DNA from: Eledone cirrhosa
Taxonomy: Eukaryota
DNA: 64,000 bases
Direction of reading: 5' to 3'
NCBI GenBank assembly: GCA_964016885.1
Contig: OZ024742.1
Coordinates: forward strand, 41,044,001 to 41,108,000
Part shown: positions 1 to 14,805 of the stretch, in pieces
How positions within the stretch are numbered: position 1 is the stretch's first letter
How the letters are laid out: every line of letters starts with the position of its first letter
Notes under the pieces: generated by a model
What the model saw: the letters and a program-made list of their open reading frames with translations, nothing else
Databases searched by the model: none
Told to the model about the DNA's origin: nothing
Program-made: the position numbers and the translations under genes

Positions 1-631
<631 letters not shown>

Positions 632-1145
632 CAGTAATCAAAGTTCAGTTTAAGTCATTTATTTGCTTACAATTGTTTCCTCCAAACCGAGGTTTGGATT
701 CTTCGGAGCAGCTATTTATAACATACTTGACCTCCTTTTCAACCCAAGAGACACATAAAACATATGCGCATATTGATCAACAGTGGGGTGACATTCATCA
801 AATGAAATAGCATGGCAATTTACATATAAAGTGTTACATGATAAAAATAAAATAAAATAAAAGCAAGATTGAAAATAAAGATAAACATGAAGCGTTGGCA
901 GTCTATGAAGATAAAGCAAGAGGAAAGCTTAGAGTAGTCAGTGCATGAAGCAATCTCCCGTGTAGCATGCACGCCTGTCTTATCTATACATGATTAGAGT
1001 GCGTCAGAATGATATTTGCAGGGTCAGGCAGTTGAAGCAGGCAATCGATCTTATTATATAGGCTGAATTATTAAGTCATTTATTCTCATACATCTGTATG
1101 ATATACAGTCTCGGATGCGGGGAAACACCAAAATATCAAAAACCT

Positions 1146-3192
1146 TCAATGTTGAAGATACCTGCTCAGAGCAGTAGTGGCTGCCTGCGAGAGATCTCTG
1201 TCAACCTTACTGTACTGTGTCAACTCCACGTAGAATTGAAGGTCATTGGATGGTGCATCAGCACACTTGACTGCTGTCAGCCAGTATCGTACGTAGAACA
1301 GAGCATTGAACATACAGATCCGGCGCAACCTTTCCATTTTAGCTTAATCGTAATTGAGTCGCTCACCAAATGCATACATCTTTTCACTATAGATGATTGT
1401 GGATATCCACCAAGCGTTATGATGTGCACCAGGCTGCATCCAATGAATTCCACGAGGAGGGATGACACCAAGCAAGATCAACATCAACTCAGCACATTCT
1501 CGGTAGTCGTCCCGTGGAAGAGAACTCATTTTCCCAACGTCGGATGTCAGCAAATCTTGGAGAAACTTGATGTTCTCAGAACACAGACGCCTGAGTCTCC
1601 GGTCGACAATGTTCAATGTTTTAAAGTTGATCTTGTCCGTGAGTGACACCCAATCTTTTTTGAACTCCTTGAACTCTGGGGTGTCTGGACTGGACATTGC
1701 TCCGAATAGTTGTTGCCACACTGCACACAAGATACGCTCCATGACATGGTGCCGACAAGCAAAATAAAACACCTTTTTGTTGAGCATCTCTTCTAGTTTC
1801 ACGCAGGCGCCATTTTTCCATCCAGAATTCGAAGCAATTGTGTCGAAGACCAAGCCCACCACAGACCCATCAACATTCCAATCTTTAACAAGATCAAATG
1901 ATGTTTTGGCTTTGGTGGTTCCAGTGCCATCAGGAATTATGGGAACACCGAGGAGTTTACCTTCTCTGAAGTCCGGAGTTCCAGCAACTAGCACACCTAG
2001 CCTCTCGTGGTCACCAGGAATTATTTTGCCATCCCAATGCAAGGTAGCAAAGTCTGGTACAGTAAATTGTTTCTTTATGTGTTCAGCCCCCACAGTTCTG
2101 ATCTTCTTAGCTGCACGTCTGCTACTATTCTTGGAGAGAGTTGTGGCCACTATGTCAGTCCCACCCTCAGAAATAATAGATGCCATAAATGCTGTTCTCT
2201 GGCCCAGTGTCAGGTTTAAACGATCAGCCATTAGAGACATTTTTGGACTTTGAAATGGATTCTTTGGGAGTTCCGGCTGGATTTTTCGTTTCTTGTCTGA
2301 CTTTGAGCTGTCTCTGGGTGGGTTTGAGGCCTGAAATTCAAGATCCTGTTCATCTTCAGTTTCATCATTGGTTGAACTTGAATCACTCAGTTCATTACGT
2401 GGAAGTTGTGCTGCTACAGATCCTGACAAACGCTTTCTATGGTTCTCTGATTCTCGACGAGCCACAGAAACCTGATCACGCTTAAACTTTGAAGATACCT
2501 TTTTCTGGTAACCCTTGTCTTCAGCACCCACAAAATACTTTTTTCTGGCAACGCAGGGCTTCGAGAAATGTAGCATCTTCCATTTTCTGTTCATTATTAC
2601 GAAGACGGTCTTTCAAAATTTTCTTTTCAGCATCAGTATGTGCAATGTAGAAATACGAATCCAATTCAGAAATAAATAGTGCTTCATTTTCTTTGTTTGA
2701 CTTAGAACCTTTGTTTTTTTGTAAATTTCTGTATTCACTGTACATGTTCTTAATTTTCAGTTTCACTTTGTCTTTTGGTTGAGTCGCCACACCAGCTTTT
2801 TCCCACTGACTAACTACTTCCATCACAAGCCTATCCGCAATAGCACCATTGAAGCTCACATGCTTTTCGTGTTTCATAGGACCATCTTTCAGGTAGAAGA
2901 AATATCTTAGAACATCCCCCTTTGTTGGTATTTTGTTTGGTGAAAAGGATGTAACATATTGCCCCAGGAGCCATATTTCTTGATCATCACAACGGAGCGA
3001 GTAGCTACAACTAGTCCCACTGGTTTCCGCCATTATTCTGCCAATTTGCAACTATTAGGCGAGGCTTAAATTAGTCTGAAATAATCAAAATTACATTATA
3101 AATTGATAATATACAAAATGGCATGAGAAAATGCATAGGGAGCTAAGAAAAAAACACTTTTGTGTAAAATGTGGGATTCTGGAACACCCTAA
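1146..3192 (-). mobile_element. Degenerate hAT-superfamily (hATm-like) DNA transposon; transposase has a frameshift and an in-frame stop, 3' truncated
   Basis: ORFs 2521-3051, 1344-2594 and 1146-1337 carry LHWDGK, FDTIASNSG..GAC, ACRHH, PRDDYRE and APSNDL motifs. The minus-strand terminus TTAGGGTGTTCC at 3192 resembles hATm TIRs. No second TIR was found. Confidence 0.75.
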
Positions 3193-3202
3193 TATACAAT
3201 GA

Positions 3203-3329
<127 letters not shown>

Positions 3330-4028
3330 ATATGTTTATTATATAAGTGTCTATCTGTTTGTCTTACTGTCTCTATATGTGTGTGTCCCCGCGTGCGTGT
3401 GTTTAGTGGAAGATGCAAACTTGATAATATTCTTAGTGTGGTCAGAACAAGAAGTGTAAAAAAAACTAGGTCCATCAGCTTACCAAACTGTAAGTTGGAA
3501 TTGTTTTATTGGGAGAATGGTGCTCATATTGGAGGGTTAATGTATGACTCTAAATTACCAGGCACAAATCCTGACAGTATTTATAGACTGAAAAGACTGA
3601 AAATCAAAAATAATAAGAAAAAATAATAAGAAAAATAAAGCAAGACTAAAAGCTGTTATTGTACCAGAAGAAAAGGGAAGGGCCTACCCCCACGCGGACG
3701 GGAAGATTGTCATGTCGTCTGGCCTTTCGCTGTCCCCTCGGTTCAACCCTGCTGAGCTAATTTCGGAATGTTAAGGGGTGTCTTCCGAAACCGTCTGAGC
3801 CGAACAACGTTGACCAGTGAGAGTTTGACGTCGGGCAGGCGCGCTGTCTCGTCTGGGAGTGTAGTGGGTGGCCGCAGCAGCGTAGGAGAAGAGGCAGATG
3901 CTGTATCTCCACGTTGAGGGTGCATTCGAAGCCTTACAGTAAAACCAATATGCAAAAAGAAAAAAACAAGAGAACAAATAATACAATAAAATATATTAGT
4001 TTAACGCTTATGAGCAATTAGAAAGAGA

Positions 4029-4064
4029 TCTCAACGTTTTGGACGCTAGTCCTTCATCGGAAGA
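4029..4064 (-). ncRNA. Degenerate copy of the Penelope-associated hammerhead (probably inactive)
   Basis: Minus strand tctt-CCGATGA-aggactagcgtcc-AAAACGTT-gaga. Stem II is the same as at 6978-7013 but two core positions are mutated. Confidence 0.55.
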
Positions 4065-4574
4065 TAGAAACAGAGAAAAGAGAGGTTGTACATGAGAGAG
4101 AAGCAAAAGGAAGACAGACGAGAGTAAAAAAAAAAGGAAAACTAGGAAAAAGGGAGAGGATGAAAAACACATGTAGTTACTAATCAATCATCTTTAGGTA
4201 AAATAAAACATGTTTTAGGCAGAATGAAAAAAATACAGTCACGTGCTCACGCTTGTCTATTCACTGACTGAATCACGAAAAATGGTGGACGCAGCATGAT
4301 CGAATGATTAAGAAGTTCATTTCGCAATCATTGGGTCCCGTGACGTCTTCGATAAATGCTATTTAACTTTGGGTAGACATATGCCTTGTGACATTCGGTA
4401 GGTTGAAACTGTTTGAAAATTCGTCGGATGGACTGTATCTGCAATGCCGGTTCTTAGGTGTACTTGATGACAGGGCCCCGTTGTCCAGGGAAGCCCATCG
4501 TCCTGCCAACAAAATTTTTTACAATGAATTTCTCAAATGTTTTTCAAAAGTCAAACGTTCAAGTAAGGAGCCAC

Positions 4575-4705
4575 ATTTGTCCTAAATCCGGTACTGTGTA
4601 CCTGTAATTCAAAGGGTCTCATTTGTCCTAAATCCGGCACTGTGTACCTGTAATTCAAAGGGCCTCATTTGTCCTAAATTCGGCAATGTGTTTCTGTAAT
4701 TCAAA
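4575..4705. repeat. About 48-bp tandem repeat, roughly 2.7 copies
   Basis: Repeated atttgtcctaaatccggcactgtgtacctgtaattcaaaggg. Confidence 0.7.
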
Positions 4706-5904
4706 AGGCCAGCCTTGGCACACACTGTGCCATGCTGAAGCTCCCTGAGAATTAAATTAATAGTACATATGTCTGTATTAAGCTCAGTCACTTACAAGTT
4801 AATTCCACGAGCAGGCTGTTCCATTGTTCAACAACCGGAACACTCAGCGTCGAAACCGACGGAAGTCCATTCCTTCCTTCCTTCCACGAGAAATGAATGA
4901 CAGACATTCTAAACAAAGAATATGTTTTGAAGTAGCAATTTAGTGTAACATTTCATAGTAGATTTAATGTGGAATCGAATACATTAAAAGCTAGAGAAGA
5001 AAAGCTTAAATTTCCATATTTTGATATACTATACAAGTGTAATGTATCTTATTCGAAAGATGAATAAAAGAAAATTGTCTTCTATTTATTTTTATGTATT
5101 TATGTTTCTATAATTTGTTAATCTTGTTCAATAAACCGATGTTGTTTTTTCTTTAACTATTAGTCATGTGTAACTTTAATAATTGCCCAAACAACCAAAC
5201 AAAATGTTACATATCTTAAGCTAGCTATAATCCGTTATTTTTGATTTTATAAGTGGTTTTTTTTTTTTTTTTTTTTTTTTTTTCATCCATTCTTTCTTTC
5301 TCTTTCGTCGCACATGTACGTCGCATAACATTTACTCTGATTTATTTCTTCACTTTAAATATTTTAATAACAATATTTTGTTAATATATTATTCAAATTT
5401 GATAAATCGGTTCTTAAAAATTTGCATTTCGCTCTTCTCAGACAGTCTAACATGTAATATCTTCGAGTGAGAGTAAATATAACATTTACCATTCTCTTTA
5501 TTGAGCTTTATGTCTTTTTAGCGTTAAAATTGAGAAAAATATAAATAATTCAATTATCTTTATTTGTAGAAATATCTATTGAGAATCTCTACTTCTCAGC
5601 TCGATTTTCCTCTGCTATTTGATAACGGAATCTGCGCTTTCCATTCGTAGTATTCAGAGAACGCTATATTTGTCGTTTCTTCTTCTTCTTCTTCTTCTTC
5701 TTCTTCTTCTACTTATTCCTGTGAGGGTTATGGGGGCAGAGTCCTCAAGCCCTCCTTCCAGTGGGTCCTGTTAGAACCAATCATCTTGCTCGGTGTTTAC
5801 CCGTGTAAACGTCTCTTGTGTAATATGTTGTTGATGTTGATGTTGATCTTGTTTTTGTTGGGCCTCCAACAGTTCCGACGACGAGCGTCCAATGGAACAG
5901 CTTA

Positions 5905-6150
5905 CTGCATTGTGTCCTTGAGCAAGACACTTTATTTCACATTTCTCCAGTCCACTCAGCTGGCAAAGGTTAGTTGTGTCACTATTTAAAAGAGCTAGCC
6001 ATGCCACACACCGTGTCATGCTGAATCTCCCTGAGAATTATGTTATAGAAACATGTCTGTCAAACCCTCAGCCACTTGTAAGTTAATTTCACGAGCAGGT
6101 TATTCAGTTGATTAAACAACTGGAGCATTCGTCGTTGTAACCGACGGATT
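5905..6150 (+). mobile_element. CORE-type SINE (related copies near 23570, 26700-26990, 27180-27530, 34350-34640, 49760-50050, 57230-57760)
   Basis: Recurrent tgtgtccttgagcaagacactttatttcac core followed by a shared gaatctccctgagaa...ttaatttcacgagcaggctgttcc body. Confidence 0.65.
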
Positions 6151-6675
6151 CTCACCAATACTGCTACTCGTATTCACTTATTACAACGCAATGCAATCAC
6201 CCACTGCATGTCAAACTGTTTCTCATCACAATCCAATACTAATTCAATTGTCTCTAATGAAAAATATGGCTCTTTATTGCATCATTTGAACATCCGCAAG
6301 AATGTAGTCTTTATATCAGCTTGACTGACCAAGTTACTGTGTGCTACCAAACAAGGGATCCCCAAACACTTTTTAGATCATCGACCCCTTCATGAATTTC
6401 TTGACCCCTTCATCGACTTCTGGCATGTACCAAAATAAATAATTAAATAAACAACTACGTAAATCAGTATGGGAGAATAAAATAGATATGTATAGAAATT
6501 GAGATAACTTAGATCAAAGATAGCCAAATGTTTTAGACCATATATACCCTTCGTAAAATCTTTGACCCCCACACCAATCCCAGGCATGTACCAAAATAAT
6601 AGAAATAAGTAAATAAATAAACCAGTAAAGAAAATATGAATTAAATACCCAATAAAGACTAATGTATATATATAT

Positions 6676-6724
<49 letters not shown>

Positions 6725-6785
6725 CTTTACAAATACAAACGTTTATACCTCATTACACAATGCTTCAAGTGAACTACAACTTCCT

Positions 6786-6896
<111 letters not shown>

Positions 6897-6977
6897 GGTA
6901 AACAGAAATTACAACACAATCGGTACAGTGTATGGAAGGTATATATTAGGTAAACACTTGATATAGAAGGAAGAGGG

Positions 6978-7013
6978 TCTTAACGTTTCGGACGCTAGTC
7001 CTTCATCAGAAGA
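6978..7013 (-). ncRNA. Minimal hammerhead ribozyme of the Penelope-like element
   Basis: Minus strand tctt-CTGATGA-a ggac tagc gtcc-GAAACGTT-aaga. Palindromic AACGTT stem III, 4-bp stem I. Confidence 0.8.
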
Positions 7014-7083
7014 AAGAATGAGAAATAAAATAGATTGAGGAGACGGCGGGTTGGAATTGGAAAAAATGTCTTGAGATAAAAAT

Positions 7084-7284
7084 TGTGGGTATGGTGTGGC
7101 GTGTGGTGGCTGCAGGTGCCTGGTGGTGCCTAGCAACGGGGCGAACGCCAGTTTGGGCAGTGTCTAGCAACGGGGTGAACGCAAGTTTGGGATCTCCCGG
7201 TGCTAGGCAGTCGGAAGCAGGCAGGCGAGGAGTAAGGAGCAGGACGATAGCAGCGCTAGTGAAAAGAGCAAAACGATATGGGAC
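7084..7284 (+). repeat. Truncated 5' LTR
   Basis: Matches 10419-10619 with two substitutions seen by eye, then jumps directly into gag. Confidence 0.9.
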
Positions 7285-7674
7285 GGTTGGCCATGTTGGC
7301 TGGTTATCAGGCGGAATGCGAACGCACGGTGCGGTTGGCGTTATTAATGGATTTCCAGACGACATAGCGGTGAGGCTGCAGCAAGTCCCGTGTTATAAAG
7401 AGATGGAAATGCGTTCACTGGTGGAACAAGCCCGGATCATAGCAGAAGATGCCAAAAAGAGTGTTGCGGCGATAGCAACTACGGAGGCTCAGGACACCTG
7501 GCAGCGAAACGGTGAAAGGAAGGCAACCTCGACACGCGGTCGCACGCGAACGTTTAGAGGGCGCTGTTTTCGTTGCCATGGTCCGTACATGGCTAGAGAC
7601 TGTAGAGAGTTGAGGCCGGAGATAATTTGCTACCGGTGTAAGCGACCAGGTCACATCGCTACTAACTGTGACCA

Positions 7675-7681
7675 GGGAAAC
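7675..7681 (+). promoter_or_regulatory. Candidate -1 ribosomal frameshift slippery site G GGA AAC between gag and pol
   Basis: In the gag frame (CAG GGA AAC). The -1 frame runs without stops into LPVVEVFVRG...LVDTGC. Confidence 0.7.
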
Positions 7682-10418
7682 GATCCAAGGGGAACTACTG
7701 CGCCGGTAGTTGCCCCTTACGAGTAGCGGCGCTGCCCGTGGTGGAAGTCTTCGTGAGGGGGAAGCCACAGCGAGCCCTTGTGGACACGGGCTGTAGACGA
7801 CACTGGTGACCGCGGGGGTGGCGCAGAGGTGGGGAGGGAAGAGCAGTGTAAGGGCAGTCGACGGCAGGAAAATCGAATGCCGAGGTCGCAGCGAGGTGGA
7901 AATAGCGGTACGGGGAAGGAGGATAAAGCTTTCGGCCATCGTAGTAGACAGTGTGGTGGATGGGATTGGCGTGGTTATGGGCATGGACGCGATTGGCCGT
8001 TTAGGAGGCGTCACGGTGGACAACCTCGGTGTGTCGTTTGGCGCCGCTGCGTCGGCATGCGCAGTGAGTGCACGTCATGAGAACCAGAAGGCCCACGAGG
8101 AGGAATACCCCGCTTACACTGTGCAGGACAAAGACTTCAAGGCCGTGTTTGATGGGCAGCGATGGGTTGTTGGGTGGTACTGGAAGGGAGAACTACCAAC
8201 ACTGAAGACCAAAGTGGGCTGCTATCAACATACATTGAAGGAAAACGTTAGGAGCAAGTTCGAGCGAGAAGTAGAGAGATGGATCGAAGAGGGCATACTG
8301 CTTCCCTGGAACGAGGAGGTGAAGTGCGGAGTATTGCCGTTAATGGCGGTGGTGCAACCCACGAAGAGCAAGGTGAGGCCGGTGCTGGACTATCGGGAGC
8401 TGAACGAACACGTGTCATGCCACACGGGTGGCGAGGTCACGGATATCTGCGGGGAAACCCTGCGTGAGTGGAGACGCATGACGGGGGGTTCAGCGATCGT
8501 AAACTTAAAGTCGGCTTACTTGCAGTTGCATATAGCTGAGAAGCTCTGGCGGTATCAGCTGGTCAGGTATAAGGGCCGGACATATTGCCTGACCAGGCTC
8601 GGGTTCGGGCTGAGCTCCGCACCGAAGATCATGTCGGCGGTTCTCAAGACCGTTCTGGGGAAGGCTGACAAGTTAAAGAGGGCTACTAACTCCTACATTG
8701 ACGACATCTTAGTGGACGAGTCGGTGGTGTCGGCGGCGGAGGTCACGAGTCATTTACAGGGGTACGGACTGACTGCGAAGCCGTCAGAAGCATTGGAGGG
8801 AGGAGCCGCGCTGGGACTTAGGCTACGGCGAGACAGGAGAGGCGTTTTGGTATTCCAGAGGGGAAACGAACTGGGCCAAAGTATGAGTAGGCGGGAGCTT
8901 TTCTCGGTGTGCGGAAAGCTGGTGGGTCACTACCCGATCGCTGGGTGGCTCCGGACGGCATGCAGCTATGTCAAGAGACGAGCGGGAGGAGTGACTTGGA
9001 GTGACAGAGTGACACGTTGGAGATAGGAGGTGTTGAGGTCGAGGATGCAGCCTGGCTTAGAAAGAAGGACGACTGCAATCACATCTATGTGGCCGAACTG
9101 GACGCGGTGTTGAGAGGAGTGAACCTCGCCCTGCGGTGGGGGCTGCACACCATCGAGATACGCACCGACTCGGCTACTGTTCTCGGATGGGTAAGATCAG
9201 TGCTCACCAGTGAGAAGAGAGTGCGAACGAGAGGCGCGGCGGAGATGCTGATAAAGCGCCGCCTGGGAACTTTAGGAGAGCTGGCCACCGAGTTCGACCT
9301 GAGGCTGAGCGTAGTTTTCGTGCCCTCAGAGAAAAACAGGGCGGACATATTAACTAGGGTGAAGAAAGCCTGGATGGGAGCGCCGGAGGAGGTAGAGGAT
9401 GAGATAGCTGCTGTGTGTCGGCTGACCGAGTCGGATCTGAAGGGGTTGCATGACATGCACCACATGGGGGTGGATAGGAGCCTGTTCCTAGCCAGGAGAA
9501 TCGACCCGGACGTTAGCAGACACAGTGTTCAGGGAGTGGTTAGAGGCTGCGTCCGATGTCAGTCCATTGATCCCGCCCCGAGTGTACACGAAACGGGAAG
9601 CCTCCCGGTGGATCGCGACTGGAAGCGATTAGCGGTGGATGTGACGCACTACCGGCAGGGAACGTACCTCTCGATGGTCGACTGTGGACCAGGTCGAATG
9701 GCGATATGGAGGGAGATGAGGACTGGAACGGCCGAGGAAATCGTGCGGAAATTGAGATAGGTGTTCTTGGAGCGGGGCCCTGTGGACGAACTGCTGATGG
9801 ACAACGGCGCAGCGTTCCGCTCGGAGGAACTGAGGGAGATGCTCGATGGATGGAAGATGAACCGTTTCTTCAGAGCGGCGCACAGGCCGAGCGGGAATGG
9901 AATCGTGAGCGACACCATCGGACGATCAAGGCAATGGCGGAGCGGGGCCATGTCTTACCAATGGAGGCAGTGTTCTGGTACAACATGTCCCCTCGGGTTG
10001 GACAGGTCGAGGAATCGGTGCCACACAGAGCAGTATTCAAATGCGAGTGGAGGCACCCGTGCACGCCACCACAACGGCCAGTGGGGAAAGAGAGTGCATT
10101 CGTGCAGGTGGACGAAGAAGTCTGGGTGAAGCCCCCCAGATGCACGTTGCACATCTCAATGGGGAAGGGGAACAGTGACGGCCGTAAATTCAAAGAACAA
10201 TGTGTCCGTGGACGGGGTACCACGTCATGTCCTGGATGTAAGAAGAGTCACTGTGTCGACGGACTCCGAGGAAGAGGAAACCCAAGACGAGGTGGAAACT
10301 CAGAGCCCTGCCCCAATACTACGGAGATCGCAACGATGTCGTAGACCACCAACCTGGACAGCAGACTTCCACATGCAGAGAGACGAGGAGGAAATTGATC
10401 CTTGAGATCAGGGGGGCG

Positions 10419-10750
10419 TGTGGGTATGGTGTGGCGTGCGGTGGCTGCAGGTGCCTAGTGGTGCCTAGCAACGGGGCGAACGCCAGTTTGGGCAGTGTCT
10501 AGCAACGGGGTGAACGCAAGTTTGGGATCTCCCGGTGCTAGGCAGTCGGAAGCAGGCAGGCGAGGAGTAAGGAGCAGGACGATAGCAGCGCTAGTGAAAA
10601 GAGCAAAACGATATGGGACTGTTGATACGAGGATAGAGACGGCCAACCGAGGAAGACGGACGTACACGAAATGGTCTTCAAACTACCATGCAGTGGAGAT
10701 TGAGCGGCGCCTTTGAAAAGCGGTAAGTGAGATAGCTTTTTCCAACCACA
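10419..10750 (+). repeat. Complete 3' LTR (332 bp)
   Basis: Starts TGTGGG after the purine tract aggggggcg, ends CCACA, followed by the TSD. Confidence 0.9.
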
Positions 10751-10916
10751 AAAATACAGGTCCTTTCATGTTGACATCTCTTGCAAAACTCTTGGTGCTG
10801 GCGTTTTGTGTATGATTTGTTTTTTAGAAAAGTGGATGATGGCAGGCGTCTACCTGAAATGGAAAAAAAAACGTTTTGTAAAAAGAGCTATACTTGAGCA
10901 CGTGCGTAAGCATGAG

Positions 10917-10979
<63 letters not shown>

Positions 10980-13900
10980 CTTATTATAGGTCCGTACGAA
11001 GCTAAGAAGAAATGTGTGTGTATATGTGAGTAAAAGAGTGTGTGTGCATGTAGGTACGAAGCTATGAGCAAAAGTATGTTAATATAAGGGTGTGTATCGG
11101 CATGTATTACTAGTAAGAGAAGCTGCTAATGATCAAGAGAAAGCGATAGGAATCAAGGGGTGTGATAATGGACGGGGTATTAGAGAAATTGGGGAGGTGA
11201 GTTGAGTCCAAGAGGGGAATAGGACCCAAGATTGTGAATCAGACTTTGTTCAGTCCTCGTGCGCGAGGTCTGTGATCCATGATGTAAAAGGACACCCAGG
11301 ACTGAAACATGTAGGGAAGAATGACCAGGAGAACAGAAATGACGGGCGACAGGGGTATCCAAACCGAGTCTGGTGTCCCTCAAATGTTCGGCAAAACGGT
11401 CCACCATACGGCGTCCCGTTTGTCCGATATATAAAGACCCGCAAAGGGAACACCGGGGGGCATAGACAACGTATGTGGATGTGCAGGTGAAGAAATGGCG
11501 GATACAGAAAGACCCGTTAGGGCCTGTAAGAGTGGTGAGGGTGGAAATAAAGGGACAAGTGTTGCAGCGGGAACGGGAACAAGGATGAGAGCCGGGGCAG
11601 TCGTGGGAGCGGACGAAAAAGAACTGCGAACCAGGAGGTCGCGGAGGTTTCAGACGCGCTTAAAAGCAGTAATGGGTGGGTTTGGAAAAAAGCGAGAAGT
11701 GACGGGGTCAGAAGAGAGGATACGGAAGGAACGGAGGATATGTTGCCAGAGTGGTAGGGTCATAGGGTGTTGGGAGGGCGGGGGTGAGGTGAGAGGGCTG
11801 TAGTGCGGTCTGTTTCACGGGCGCGGGTGAGAGCAGCTTGGATGAAGGTGGGGGGATATCCACGCTGGATGAAGCAGGAAGCCATGCGAAGGGAATGGAT
11901 TTCGAAATCGTCGTCCTGGCTACAGAGTCGACGAAGACGAAGGAATTTGGAATAGGCTATGGTGTTTGTTGTGGGTTGGATGGGAGGAGGTGAAGTCGAG
12001 ATAAGATTGGGAGTCTGTTGGTTTAATGTAGATGGAAGTAGAGAGCGTGTGGTGAGAGAGATTAATAGATAGAGAAATATCTAGAAAAGCGACAGAAGAA
12101 TCAGAGAGGGAGGCGGTGAAATTATGAGCAGGATGGAAAGATTGGACAAAAGAAAAAAAACAGTCAAGTTGTTCTCGTGATAGGGAGGTGGCGCCGATAC
12201 AGTCGTCGATATAACGACCGTATAGCTCAGGAGTCGGTCCAGCGTACTGGGAGAAGATCTGGGCTTCAACGTAGCCAACAAACAACTTGGCATAGTTTGG
12301 ACCCATTTTGGTTCCCATCGCTACCCCAGAGACCTGCTGGTAAAATTCACCCGAAAAAGAAAATCCATTGAGGGCGAGAACAAGCTCAGCCAGGCGAAGA
12401 AGAGTGGTAGTGCTGGGGTAAGGGGTAGGGCGTAAATCTAAAAAATGCTGGAGAGCGCGGAGGCCGTCATCATGAGAGATGATGGTATAGAGAGAAGTGA
12501 TGTCCAGGGTAAAGAGAAGGCGGGAGGGACCAGGAGGGAAGGAGAAAGAGTTGAAGAGTCTAAGGGCATGATTTGTATCGTGGATGTGGGAGGGGAGATT
12601 GCGGACTAATGGGGCGAGGATGGAGTCTAAGTATTCAGAAATTATCTCGGTGGGGCAGTTGCACGCAGAAACGATAGGACGGCCAGGATTATTTTGTTTG
12701 TGTATTTTGGGGAGGAAGTATATGGTGGGTGTGCGAGGGGTGCATACAATAAGGTTGGTGGCTGTGGGGGTAGGTGAGAGGAGGAGATGAGCTCGTGGAT
12801 GGTGGAGGACACGAGTTGTTGGTAGCCAGAAGTGGGGTCGGGGATAAAGGGCGGTAAAAAAGGATATTGTGAAGCTGGCGGAGAGCCTCAGCCCTATAGA
12901 GGTCAGCGCTCCAAACCACCACAGCGCCACCTTTGTCAGCGGGTTAGATGACAATGTCATCGCGACACCGAAGGTTGCGAAGAGCGGAGAGCTCAGTTCG
13001 CGTGATGTTAGAGCGACGAGAATGCTGGTGGAAACGGAACCGATTCACAGTACGCCGGCAAGTATCGACAAAGGAGTCGAGGGTGCTGAACTGGCCAGAG
13101 CTCGGCGTCCAATGTGATTGCCGGCGACTGAGACGAGTGAAGTCATCCGTCTGTGTCGATGATGGCGTGTCGTGAAAAAAAGCTTTCAGCTTTAATCGAC
13201 GGAAGAACCCTTTAGTCTCGGCACGTGTGCGGAACTCGTCGCAGGTAGATGTGGTTGGTATAAAACGCAAACCACGGGTGAGGAGGGAGCGTTCAGCTTC
13301 GGAGAGTGGTAGGTCCTGGGGTATGGTAACTACAGTGCAGGGACGTGAGGGAGTGAAAGAGGCAGAAGCGGAGGGGGTCAAGGTGGTTAGGCAAAGCGTG
13401 TGCAGATTCAGTGGTAGGTGACGGGATAGAGGGGTTAGAGGCGATATTAGTATGGATGGTGACGGCAGGCGGGGAGCGGAGAGAGTGAGTTTATGGTTTT
13501 TTGCGGAAGTGGGGAAATTGAAAAGGAGGCGATTGAGGTAAAGGATGAATTGGATAAGGGATTGGGTGAGGAAAGGGTGACAAGTGGAGGAGAGATGGAG
13601 GTAGGCCTTGGGGAGATCTCGGTCGAGAGAGCGGATTTGAGCGAAAGTTGATCGAATGGTCGCACGCAGGAGCTGGCGAGAGGAGCGGGTAAGGATGGGC
13701 TCAGTGGTGGAAGCAGAGTAAGAGGTGGGGTGAAACTTGAGGCGGAAACTGCGGGGAATGAGGTGGTGGTGGAGACAGTGACTTAAAAATGTGATGTGAC
13801 TGTTGTGTCGTGTTTTGGTGAAGATGAGGTTGAAGAGATGCAAGGAGGATTGGATGCATATAGGGGGGAGAGGTTGGAGGATGCGCTTGAGAGTAGAATG

Positions 13901-14156
13901 GAGCTGGCGGAGAAAAGATTTGAGATTGGGAATATTGAAGGTACTAGGGTGGGAGTGAAAAATAGACGGCGGAGAAGAATGTAGTAGAGGAAAAGTGGTA
14001 GAGAGTCGTGGAATATTTAAATGCAAGAAGCAAAGAAAATTTGAAAGATACGAAAGATTTCCTGGTGGAAGTTCAGGTGTACTCCGGGTTGGTATCCAGT
14101 TTCGAGATGAAAGTCCAATCAGAAAATCCAACTAATTTTGAGAGGTCCACGTAAGC

Positions 14157-14203
<47 letters not shown>

Positions 14204-14208
<5 letters not shown>

Positions 14209-14741
14209 AAGTATGTGTGTATACGTACATACATATATGTATACAGACGTACAGTAGCATGCACATATATATATATATATATACATATATACACATATCT
14301 ACCTACATACAGGTACACATATATATATGCACGTATCAGTTTAGCAGACGCTTATTATAACGCCGCTTTGTTCGTTTGTAAACAAACTGAACAGCCTGAA
14401 TTTTTATGCCGTACGGTGTTAAGGCAACCACGTCACCTTTTTGTTCAACACTGACACAGAAACGATGTATTAGTTTCAAGCTTGTTAGCTATCATCAGCA
14501 CCGTATACCCATCTGCCAGATAGTTGAACGTTCGAAAGTATATACTTTCCTTATGAAAACTAACGGCTGAGCAGCCTAATTTGCATATCGAGTGAGCTAA
14601 GTCGGTCAGGCATACTGAAAACGATGAGTTAAAAAAAATGAAAACGAAATTTCATTTCACACTCTTAGTACGGCACTTACTTAAATGTAAGTATGTGTGT
14701 ATACGTACATACATATATGTATACAGACGTACAGTAGCATG

Positions 14742-14805
<64 letters not shown>

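Larger units (their letters stand above)
7084..10750 (+). mobile_element. Gypsy-order LTR retrotransposon (gag-PR-RT-RH-IN), disrupted, with 5-bp TSD AAAAT
   Basis: TG...CA ends with AAAAT at 7079-7083 and 10751-10755. Two CCHC knuckles, LVDTG protease, YIDD RT, RNase H, HHCC plus DDE integrase. Purine tract before the 3' LTR. Confidence 0.92.

Noticed and set aside
1777-2253. Long antisense ORFs over TE genes (also 7415-8023 and 59912-60499)
   Set aside because: Shadow frames of transposon coding sequence with no independent motifs.
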